Shown here in pieces: positions 25,673 to 36,174 of a stretch of 64,000 nt of DNA. The DNA is from Balanoglossus misakiensis. Taxonomy: Eukaryota > Animalia > Hemichordata. A program made the position numbers and the translations under genes. Within the stretch, counting starts at the first letter, position 1. The number at the start of each line of letters is the position of its first letter. Location: assembly GCA_040954595.2 (NCBI GenBank), contig CM082585.2, forward strand, positions 14,814 to 78,813. The letters run 5' to 3'. The notes below the pieces were generated by a model. It was not told the DNA's origin. It worked only from the letters and a program-made list of their open reading frames with translations, and did no database searches.

Positions 25673-28600
25673 TAGACCCTTGACTCTCGATCTCTAACCC
25701 TTTACCTTTGACCTTTGACCAGCTGTCTGAACTATAACCCTTGAACCCCTTGACCCTCGATCTCAAACTCGTAAACTCTAACCCTTGACCTTTGAACTCT
25801 AATCCTTGACCTTTGACCCCTTGAACACTTGAACCTTGGACTCTAACCATTGAACCTTTGATCCATGAGCTCTTACCCTTGACCCTTGAACTCTTACCCT
25901 TGACCCTTGAACTCTTACCCTTGACATTTGATCTCTAACGCTTGACCTTTGAAATCTAACCTTTGACCCTTGAAAAAAAAACTGTTGACCGTTAAACCCT
26001 AAACTCGACAACTGACCCTTAATGCTTGACCCTTAAACTAAACTTGAATGGCAACTGTTGACCCATCAACTATAATCCTTGACCTTTGACCCTTGATCTC
26101 GAATTCTTGAACTCTAACCCTTTAACTCAAATCCTTGGCTCGCGAACTCTAACCCTTGACCTTTGACCCTTGAACTCAAATTCTTGACCCATGACCCCTT
26201 GACCATTGAACTCTAACCCTTGATCCTTGACCCCTTGAACCTTGGACTCTAACCATTGAACCTCTGACCCATGAACTCCAACCCTTGAACTCTTACCCTT
26301 GACATTGGATCTCTAACCATTGACCTTTGACCCTTGAAATCTAACCCTTGACCCTTGAAACAAAACTCTTGACCCTTAAACCCTAAACTTGACAACTGAC
26401 CCTTAATGCTTGACCCTTAAACCCATGACCCTAGAACTCTTGACCATTAAACTCTAACCCTTGAACGCCAACTGTTGACCCATCAACTATAATCCTTGAC
26501 CTTTGACCCTTGACCCTCGATCTACAACTCTTAAACTCTAAACCTTGACCTCTAATCCTTTACCATTGAACTCTAACCCTTGATCCTTGACCACTTGAAC
26601 CCATGAACTCCAACCCTTGACACATGAGCTCTTACCCTTGATCCTTGAACTCTTACCCTTGACCTCTTACCCTCGACATTTGATCTCTAACCCTTGACCT
26701 TTGAAATCTAACCTTTGACCCTTGAAACAAAACTCTTGACCCTTAAACCCTAAACTTGACAACTGACCCTTAATGCTTGTCCCTTAAACCCATGACCCTT
26801 AAACTCTAATCCTTGAACGTCAACTGTTGACCCATCAACTATAATCATTGACCTTTGACCCTTGATCTTCAACTCTTGAACTCTAACCCTTGACCTTAGA
26901 CCCTTGACTCTAACCCTTGACTCGCGAACTCTAACCCTTGAACTCAAATCCTTGGCTCGTGAACTCTAACCCTTGACCTTTGACCCTTGAACTCAAATTC
27001 TTGACCCATGACCCCTTGACCATTGAACTCTAACCCTTGACCCTCGATCTCCAACTCTTGAACTCTAACCCTTGACCTTTGACCCCTGAACTCTAATCCT
27101 TGACCCCTTGAACCTTGGACTCTAACCATTGAACCTCTGACCCATGAACTCCAACCCTTGACCCTCGATCGCCACCTCTTTAACTCTAACCCTTGACCTT
27201 TGACCCTTGAACTCTAACCCTAGACCCTTGAACTCTTACCATCGTCGCTTGATCTATAACCCTTGACTTTTGACCCTTGAACTCTAACCCTTGAACTCTA
27301 ACATTTGACCCTTGAACTCTTACCCTTGACATTTGATCTCTAACCCTTGACCTTTGACCCTTGAAATCTAACCCTTGACTCTTGAAACAAAACTCTTGAC
27401 CCTTAAACTCTAATCTTGACAACTGACACTTACTGCTTGACCCTTAAACCCTTGACCCTAGAACCCTTGACCATTAAACTCTAACCCTTGAACGCCAACT
27501 GTTGACCCATCAACTATAATGCTTGACCTTTGACCCTTGACCCCTTGATCTCCAACTCTTGAACTCTAACCCTTGACCTTTGACCCTTGAACTCAAATTC
27601 TTAACCCATGACCCCTTGACCAGTGAACTCTAACCCTTGATCCTTGACCACTTGAACCTTGGACTCTAACCCTTGACCCCTTGAACCTTGGACTCTAATC
27701 CTTGACCCCTTGAACCTTTGACTCTAACCATTGAACCTCTGACCCGTGAACTCCAACCCTTGACGCTTGAGCTCCAACTCTTTAACTCTAACCCTTGACC
27801 TTTGACCCTTGAACTCTAACCCTTGACCCTTGACCTCTAACATTTGACCCTTGAACTCTTACTCTTGACTCTTGATCTCTAACCCTGACCTTTGACCCTT
27901 GAAATGTAACCCTTGACCCTTGAAACAAAACTCTTGACCTTTAAACCCTAAACTTGACAACTGACCCTTAATGCTTGACCCTTTAACCCTTGACCATTAA
28001 ACTCTAACCCTTGAACGCCAAATGTTGACCCATCAACTATAATCCTTGACCTTTGACCCTTGATCTCCAACTCTTGAACTCTAACCCTTGACTCGTGAAC
28101 TCTAACCCTTGAACTCAAATCCTTGGCTCGTGAACTCTAACACTTGACCTTTGACCCTTTAACTCAAATTCTTGACCCATGACCCCTTGACCATTGAACT
28201 CCAACCCTTGATCCTTGACCCCTTGAACCTTGGACTCTAACCCTTGACCCTCGATCTCCAACTCTTGAACTCTAACCCTTGACCTTTGACCCTTGAACTC
28301 TAATCCTTGACCCCTTGAACCTAGGACTCTAACCAATGCACCTCTGACCCATGAACTTCAACCCTTGAGCTCTTACCCTTGACCCCTTGATCTCCAACTC
28401 TTTAACTCTAACCCTTGACCTTTGACCTCTAACCCTTGAACTCTAACATTTGACCCTTGAACTCTTACCCTTGACTCTTGATCTCTAACCCTTGACCTTT
28501 GACCCTTAAACTCTAACCCTTGAATTCTAACATTTGACCCTTGAACTCTTACCCTTGACATTTGATCTCTAACCCTTGACCTTTGACCCTTGAAATCTAA

Positions 28601-30240
28601 CCCTTGACCCTTGAAACTAAACTCTTGACCCTTAAACCCTAAACTTAACAACTGACCCTTAATGCTTGAACCTTAAACCCTTGACCCTAGAACCCTTTAC
28701 CATTAAACTCTAACCCTTGAACGCCAACTGTTGACCCATCAACTATAATCCTTGACCTTTGACCCTTGATCTCCAACTCTTGAACTCTAACCCTTGACCT
28801 TTGACCCTTGAACTCAAATCCTTGACTCGTGAACTCTAACCCTTGACCGTTGAACTCAAATCCTTGACCCTTGACCCCTTGAACTCGAACCCTTGATCCT
28901 TGTGCTCCTACCCTTGACCCTTGACCCCCTTGACCCTCGATCTCCAACTCTTGAACTCGTACCCTTGACTTCTGACCCTTGAACTCAAATCATTGGCTCG
29001 TGAACTCTAACCCTTGACCGTTGAACTCAAATCCTTGATCCTTGACCCCTTGACCATTGAACTCTAACCCTTGATCCTTGTGCTCATACCCTTGACCCTC
29101 GACCCCCTTGACCCTCGATCTCCAACTCTTGAACTCTAACCCTTGACCTTTGACCATTGAACTCTATTCCTTGATCCTTGACCCCTTGAACGTTGGACTC
29201 TAACCATTGAACCTTTGACCCATGAACTTTAACCCTTGACCCTTGAGCTCTTACCCTTGACCCTCGATCTCCAACTCTTGAACTCTAACCCTTGACCTTT
29301 GACCCTTGAACTCTAATCCTTGAATTCTAACATTTGACCCATGAACTCTTACCCTTGACATTTGATCTCTAACCCTTGACCTTTGACCCTTGAAATCTAA
29401 CCCTTGACCCTTGAAACTAAACTCTTGACCCTTAAACCCTAAACTTAACAACTGACCCTTAATGCTTGACCCTTAAACCCTTGACCCTAGAACCCTTGAC
29501 CATTAAATTCTAACCCTTGAACGCCAACTGTTGACCCATCAACTATAATCCTTGACCTTTGACCCTTGATCTCCAACTCTTGAACTCTAACCCTTGACCT
29601 TTGACCCTTGAACTCTAACCCTAGACTCGTGAACTCTAACCCTTGACCGTTGAACTCAAATCCTTGACCCTTGACCCCTTGAACTCTTACCCTTGATCCT
29701 TGTGCTCCTACCCTTGACCCTTGACCCTCGATCTCCAACTCTTGAACTCGTACCCTTGACTTTTGACCCTTGAACTCAAATCATTGGCTCGTGAACTCTA
29801 ACCCTTGACCGTTGAACTCAAATCCTTGACCCTTGACCCCTTGACCATTGAACTCTAACCCTTGATCCTTGTGCTCATACCCTTGACCCTCGACCCCCTT
29901 GACCCTCGATCTCCAACTCTTGAACTCTAACCCTTGACCTTTGACCATTGAACTCTATTCCTTGATCCTTGACCCCTTGAACGTTGGACTCTAACCATTG
30001 AACCTTTGACCCATGAACTTTAACCCTTGACCCTTGAGCTCTTACCCTTGACCCTCGATCTCCAACTCTTGAACTCTAACCCTTGACCCCTTGAACCTTG
30101 GACTCTAACCATTGAACCTTTGACCCATGAACTCCAAACTTTGACCCTTGAGCTCTTACCCTTGACCCTTGACCCTCGATCTCCAACTCTTTAACTCTAA
30201 CCCTTGACCTTAGACCCTTGAACTCTAACCCTTGAACTCT
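25673..30240 (-). repeat. Degenerate heptamer satellite (TTGACCC/TTGACCT/CTAACCC/TTGAACT), C-rich on +, with higher-order units
   Basis: About 4.6 kb of TTGAACTCTAACCCTTGACCTTTGACCC-type units. The block TTGAAACTAAACTCTTGACCCTTAAACCCTAAACTTAACA occurs at 28611 and 29411 (800-bp period). Confidence 0.95.
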
Positions 30241-30348
30241 CTCTTCTCCTCCCCCTCATTCTCCATCCCATTCTCTCTCTGCATCACTCTCTAATAATAA
30301 ATGTTAAAATATTACAGAAAACCGTAGAAAATGGGGTTATAGGCTTAT

Positions 30349-30479
30349 GGTCAGTGCATGTGTCACCAGTATAGCAGTTGAAACAATAACATGTAAACTG
30401 TGTACAGGAACCCGGTACTTGCGAGCAAATTCCACTGTTTAGGCAAGGAGAGGGTACACACTGGTTGTCTGGTTGATTC
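30349..30479 (-). pseudogene. EGF-like exon NQCVPSPCLNSGICSQVPGSCTQFTCYCFNCYTGDTCTD, the most telomere-proximal
   Basis: Acceptor atacAG, an 8-bp extra ACAACCAG near the start, and the donor reads ATAAG instead of GTAAG. Confidence 0.85.
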
Positions 30480-30992
30480 CTGTATAGACAAAAAGAAAGA
30501 ATATTGAGCAGGAAAACATCACTATAGGCTCAAAGCACTGAAACACACAGACACACAAATTCACTGATAAAGGCCCCTCAAAATAGATGGGATGTGAACA
30601 TCCACACCATTGCCGGTTTCCTGTATGGGTTGTTGAGAAAGTTGAGAACTTCTGAACATTATTTTGAAAAAGCAGGAGTTAAAATCTACAGAAAATCACT
30701 GGAACAGTGCAGTCAAGATATTGTCAAAATTACAGAATCTGCAAACTACACTCCACAGTCATGTACATGTATACCTGACAACAACCAAAGGGCTGTTTTG
30801 AAAAACCAAATGCTGTCAAATCCTTTAGAGTGTGACAAGAAACCACAGTTGCAACCGAAAACAAAAATAGTGATAACATTAAGCTAGCCCAAAGTTTGAG
30901 TTACCAGGGCTTTAATATGTGTACCGTATTTATATTACATAATACATAACAAGTGTTTTGCATTGAATAAAATAATATTGGTTTGTACTTAC

Positions 30993-31114
30993 GCATTGTA
31001 CATGTGGCACCAGTGAAGCATTCGGTACACATACAGTCAAACAGGAAACAGCCGTCTCACGCAACGCATGTGCCACCACATTTTGACAAGGCATAGAGTA
31101 TAACTGATCAATGG
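30993..31114 (-). pseudogene. EGF-like exon (copy A), frameshifted by +2
   Basis: 122 bp versus 120 bp for the paralogue at 50264-50383; AG/GT intact. Confidence 0.85.
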
Positions 31115-31511
31115 CTGCCAAAACAAAAATGAAAGTATCAATGACCTGCTTGTCAAAAACTTGTACATGTACTTGTGATGTTCATTTTGTTTAAATTATA
31201 TATGTGAGCAATGTCTTCATTCCTTGTTTCAAACCTGTACATTTAAAATAACATAATGCTGCTAGGATTTTTCTGTAAGAATCTTGAAAAATTAAAAAAT
31301 GTGCCATCAACATGATACAGAAGGCTTTCCTTTTTAACGTGCACCTCACACTCAATTTTGACCCTACATCAGCAAATTTTGAAAGGATGAAACTTTGTAA
31401 TGCTTCCACCCCATTTATTGGTGTATGGGTCCATCTATCACATTGAGAATACCAAAAATGAGGGTTTATATACCACGCTGTGTCATAAAACAGTTGAATT
31501 CGACACACCTA

Positions 31512-31560
31512 CGGCACAGATGGCCCCAGTCCAACACTACTGGCAGTAACAGGTGTAGTC
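31512..31560 (-). pseudogene. 3' half of an EGF-like exon with an in-frame stop (DYTCYCQ*CWTGAICAV)
   Basis: The same fragment and stop are at ~50776-50828; the 5' half is missing in both copies. Confidence 0.7.
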
Positions 31561-32194
31561 AGTATAAGAATTTGGTGTTTGGGAACAATAGCCTCCATTT
31601 TGACACGGATTCTGATCACATGGGTTAATGACTATCAGAAAAAATGGTTTAAAAAACATGAAATGCAGATGGCTACACCTCAACTAAAGATGAATCCTGC
31701 ACCACAACAAAATCCTTTGATTATACTGGAACCATACCCAGAACACGCATTAAGTATATGATGAAGGGACAATGTCTCTATTTTTGGGTAATACAGTAAA
31801 ACCTGTCTTTATGGACACCTCTCTAATCAGAACACCTAGTAAGATTGATTTTTCAAGCCAAATAGTAAGGATAATTAAGGACGTCTCTTTTACTTAATAC
31901 TCAGATGTGTGGACCACCTTAGGAGAGATTACCTCACATGCACAATTATCTCTACAGACACTAGTCTTCAAGAGGCAACTCTTGTATATTTGAGTGATAA
32001 AAACACCCAGCTTCGTACACTTTCTCACAAGTTCGTGCCAGTCCTAAATTGCACGGACATACAAATGAAATTTTTGTTTTCTTTTCCTTTCTTTTCTCTT
32101 GGGGAAATTTTAGAAATGAGAAGTTACCACACAATTCAATTGCCATGAAGAGAAAGTGCCCAAAAATTGTCTTTAGGGTACGTCAGAAACTTAC

Positions 32195-32353
32195 ATATTT
32201 CACAACGGTTACCCTCATAGCAACCAGTACAGGCACATGTATATGCCGTGCAGGAGTTGGCCACTGCATTATATACAGCCCCAAAAGTTGTACATGACAG
32301 CCGAGTACACTGCCCATTGTTCAGGCATGGAATTGGCCTACATGAAGTTTGTT
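32195..32353 (-). pseudogene. Chimeric 159-bp in-frame EGF exon (QTSCRPIPCLNNGQCTRLSCTTF|GAVYNAVANSCTAYTCACTGCYEGNRCEI)
   Basis: AG/GT intact and frame open. The 3' part matches exon 51211-51333; the 5' part comes from a different EGF exon. Confidence 0.8.
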
Positions 32354-32666
32354 CTGTTTCAATGGAATGAAAAAAAAAATAGTAGTGACATAAGTTTTTA
32401 GGGTATGACCATTTCCTTAATTCCTACAGCTGTGGTTCTATCGGGTTCTTCTATAACTAAGCCTCCTTAATGTATAACTGAACAATAAGAATTACTTATT
32501 ATACTTTTGGGAGTTTAGGACTTTGGTAATTGAAAAAAGACTCAATTCCTGAAAGTGCCTATTTGGTTTGTCACATCCTAAATATACAGGTTATTTAATA
32601 GCTGCCAGCTATGACAAATATACCGGTATGAGGGGGGAAAAACAGTTCCTCGTCTGATAAATTTAC

Positions 32667-32789
32667 CTTGGTCACAGGTGATTCCAATGAAACAGCCTTG
32701 ACAGCGACAGGTAAACGCACTGCACGATCCACTGATTGGCTCACAGATACCGTTGTTCATGCACGGATTGGGAGAACATTGATCGAGTC
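32667..32789 (-). pseudogene. Intact 123-bp EGF-like exon GLDQCSPNPCMNNGICEPISGSCSAFTCRCQGCFIGITCDQ
   Basis: ccAG/GTAAAT boundaries, phase 1-1, 8 Cys; absent from copy B. Confidence 0.9.
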
Positions 32790-33283
32790 CTGGAGGTTGC
32801 ATGTAAATCAACAAACAATTGCATATTATCATCACAAGTCATTTCACTATTTTTTCATTCCAAACTTAAAAGATTGGTTGTAACTTGCTGAACAAATATT
32901 CATATGGACAGACCATTCTAGCTTGGAACAGGCAAAATCAAGGGTGCCCTGACGCCCAACTTTTAAGAGCAGTTCATTTACTGAAACTGCCAGCACCCAA
33001 TATTATCCCACATGTAATCAATATGTGGAAATCAAATACATCTGTAACAGTTTTAATTTACCATGTGGGTATTTGCATGGAGAGCCATGGTATTTGTTAT
33101 CTACTGATAAAATACCCTTCAAAACAATATCCTCATTTCTTCAGAAGTTTGGCAACAAGACCAATAAAATTTGAAGTTTCACATCAAAATTTACAATGTA
33201 TAAATAAGCTTAAAAGATATACGGAATGAAGATTGCTTGTTTGTTTGCAGGGTGTCTTGAAAGTATATACTCACTTGTTTGAC

Positions 33284-34164
33284 CATGGACCCTAGAGAAA
33301 GAAGGACGCGCAACTCCATTTTTTTCTTGAAATGATGTTCTTTTGCATACATTATTTCCAGATAAATCCCAATAATCCAATTTGCAAATAAACTGTGTAT
33401 AAACTAACGCAAAGTCTCGTGTTTTGCGTGAAGTTATCACAACACCTCAGAACATCTCGCAGGAGACGAGAAAACTGCAACGTGGTTGAACGCAGCGATC
33501 ATTTATGGAACACATCTGGACAAGTTAAACAGGAATTTGGCACCTTTGAGTCTGACAGCGTCCAAAACAAGCATCTTTTGTCTAACAGTCCGGGTATTTC
33601 ACAAGGCTAACCGTACCGAGGGTTGCCTGGCGGCCATAGCGCACACATGAAAATCCACCCAGTTTGTTTACAAATTGTTTTCGTGAAATCTGTTTTATTG
33701 TTCACGCACTGCGAAATAAAATGCCCCTAAACCACAATTTTTATTTCAATAATTCACGCAAACATAAAATTATTACGAAAAGTGTCAGCGTTACCAAGAA
33801 ATATGAGTGCCCAGTCAGACATGCAAAAAACATGGATGATTTGTTTACAACTTTTAAATGAAGCTTGTGGCACTAGAAATGACCGTTCAACCGACAGACG
33901 AACACCAAACCATAATAATTAGCACAGACATCGTAATACTTTTAGAATTTTAGAAAAAAACGCAGTGGCTGCTGAAATGCAGGAGTGCTAGTTTGGTGGC
34001 AAGTTTTCGCATCACTGGTGGGGTCGACACGTGCCGAAGTAAGGAAGTCATTGTCCAACTGTCCTGGGTGTTAATTATATGCAAAAAAACATCATCATAC
34101 AGATAATCCCCAAACCCTTTGATCTTTGCCTCAGTTGCTCGTCCTTCTTTCTCTAGGGTCTATG
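33284..34164. mobile_element. Non-autonomous TIR element (MITE), probably P superfamily
   Basis: TIR CATRGACCCTAGAGAAAGAAGGACG at both ends and a 7-bp TSD GTTTGAC (33277-33283, 34165-34171). CAT.. termini with 7-8-bp TSDs fit P elements. Confidence 0.85.
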
Positions 34165-34279
34165 GTTTGACAGATGTCACCTGTGTAAGAGTTCACACAC
34201 TGGCATGAATAGAAATTGCACGATGTTTGCTGGCAAAATCCACCATTCATACATGGGTTGGGATCACAGGGGTTTTGCA
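34165..34279 (-). pseudogene. EGF-like exon QNPCDPNPCMNGGFCQQTSCNFYSCQCVNSYTGDICQT, separated from its donor by the MITE
   Basis: The donor GTGAGT lies beyond the MITE at ~33269-33274. The acceptor is mutated AG>GG in this copy. Confidence 0.85.
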
Positions 34280-34812
34280 CCGGAAATTAAGAAAGGACGC
34301 CATTTTATTCCTTGCTACTCATTCTACAGTACAGATATGGCAAAAACCTTGCAGAATTATGGCAAGGGTGTGTGGAGTGATTGTGCCTACAACTTATATT
34401 AGGCTGGTATCAAGTTGTTCACACCTCCATAGATCATGTGGCAGTGACTGTGAGGCAAGGGCTTCCCTTCATGAAATCAAAGACCTGTGTACTGGAGGAG
34501 GGTTCCTTGCAAATGCTTGTAGACTCATATGTAAATTTACACTATCTGGCCTGGAGTGAGAATTTCCATAGTGGATGTGTGTTGACAAAAGGCAGTAGAA
34601 TTGGCCAGTCGCGCATAATGTTTCTTGAACCAAGACAATCAAGACATTATGCGCCACGAAAGTGATTTTGATTGGGAAGAGTGTAATCTTGCATTCGATG
34701 TCAAGAACTCTCCAAGCTCTGCTGTGGTGATGGCTACACCTATGCTCAGGAAACATGCAGTATTTGAATGCATCAGAGACAAAAGGTAAAAGAGACTGCG
34801 CTGTATACTTAC

Positions 34813-34935
34813 ATATCTCACACCTATCACCTTTGTAGCAACCAGTACATATGCAGGTGAGATCAAAGCAGGAATTTCGAGCCGGTTGACAGAAGCCACC
34901 ATTCTGGCACGGATTTGGTTGACACTGGTTGAGTC
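34813..34935 (-). pseudogene. Intact 123-bp EGF-like exon GLNQCQPNPCQNGGFCQPARNSCFDLTCICTGCYKGDRCEI
   Basis: gtAG/GTAAG boundaries, 8 Cys; paralogue at 53248-53370. Confidence 0.9.
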
Positions 34936-35409
34936 CTACAAGGAAAAGGGTCAAATTTTCCATGATCATCAATGTCATGTGATTATGAATGTATGTAAGT
35001 GGCTGAAAAAAATTCCCAGGGGTGAGTTTCCTACAAAAATTGTGATGTGACAAACCGACAAATTAGCATATTAGCATAATCAGAATAAATAAAAAAAATG
35101 CACAGGTAGTTTAAAAGAACAAAAACTTTCGAAACGGAATAGAGCTAAGCAGCTATCCCTTTCTATTTTTGTGTTTGTACAACATCAGTGAAGTTTAAAT
35201 CATAATAAAAAAATGATAATTATCATTATTAACTGCTACAGATTCAAACTTAGTTGTCTCACACCTGGTTCCCTAGTAACACTCTGTGCACATGCAAATT
35301 GTGGCAGTACAAGAATTTACCTGTTGTTGGCAGGTACCTCCATTGAGACAAGGACTTCATAAGTTGTCTGAAAACACCAGTTTCCCCAAGTTTCACTAAT
35401 GAATAGGAA

Positions 35410-36070
35410 TACATGAGAAGTCGGCCAGATTAGAAGTCGGCCAGTACGCGCGCATGAGAAGTCGGCCAGTTGTTGAACTTGTACCCGAATAGTGCAGTAA
35501 TGACCCAGATTACTTATAACAACACTTAATAAAATATAATTGCACTAAATATTTTCATTTGGACGGACTTCCCAAATTCTTGACAATACAATGGCGTTAT
35601 TTCAAATAATGGCGTCTGGCATCCGTACCGGTTCCCCAGCCCCGTATCCGCGTAAGGAGCTTAGGTTGTTCGCCAAATTCCTGTGACATTTCTGATTAAA
35701 GGGAGTTGTTTCAAAGCCTACTAAAATACATAGAAGATGTATGTGTATATTCATACTTTCTGAGACAACACCAAACAAACAAACAAACAAACAAACAAAC
35801 GTGACGAGGAACAGACTACTGGCGCAGCTCAAGAAGTGCAGGTGACTGATGTTGACGTACCCCGGTGACGTACATGAAAAGTGAACAGACAGTTTTAAAA
35901 TTCATCGGCTATTTGTACAAATATCTCAGCTCCTGTACATCAAAGAAACATTTCGTAGTGTAACAGTTATATATAACACAAAGTACCAGGGTTCTCTCCC
36001 ACAGGCCGACTTCTCGTACTGGCCGAGACCGACTTCTCATACTGGTTGACTTTTCAGGACACCATGTATA
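35410..36070. mobile_element. Probable MITE-like element with inverted subterminal repeats
   Basis: Three copies of AGAAGTCGGCCAG at ~35416-35469 face inverted CCGACTTCTC copies at ~36004-36055. The same structure is at ~55870-56785. Confidence 0.5.
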
Positions 36071-36174
36071 GCTAGCTGTTGAACTCAAAAAATATGTAAA
36101 ACTACAAGTGATGTAAACAACTTGTGGAACCATGTTCAAATCGAGACAAGAAGAAAAGGGATTTCAAGACTTAC

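Noticed and set aside
8702-29738. Many 60-130 aa ORFs (KGQG/RVRVQ-rich, P/T/N-rich, repeated 112-aa ORF)
   Set aside because: All lie within satellites, have low-complexity composition, and repeat only because the DNA repeats.
8025-30240. Telomere-specific retrotransposon (TRAS/SART, HeT-A or Penelope-like) next to the telomere
   Set aside because: No RT, gag or endonuclease motifs and no poly(A) junction in the block.
34469-35053. 194-aa and 201-aa (52883-53488) ORFs as single-exon genes
   Set aside because: Only the 123-bp AG/GT-bounded EGF exon looks coding; the rest is intron read-through.
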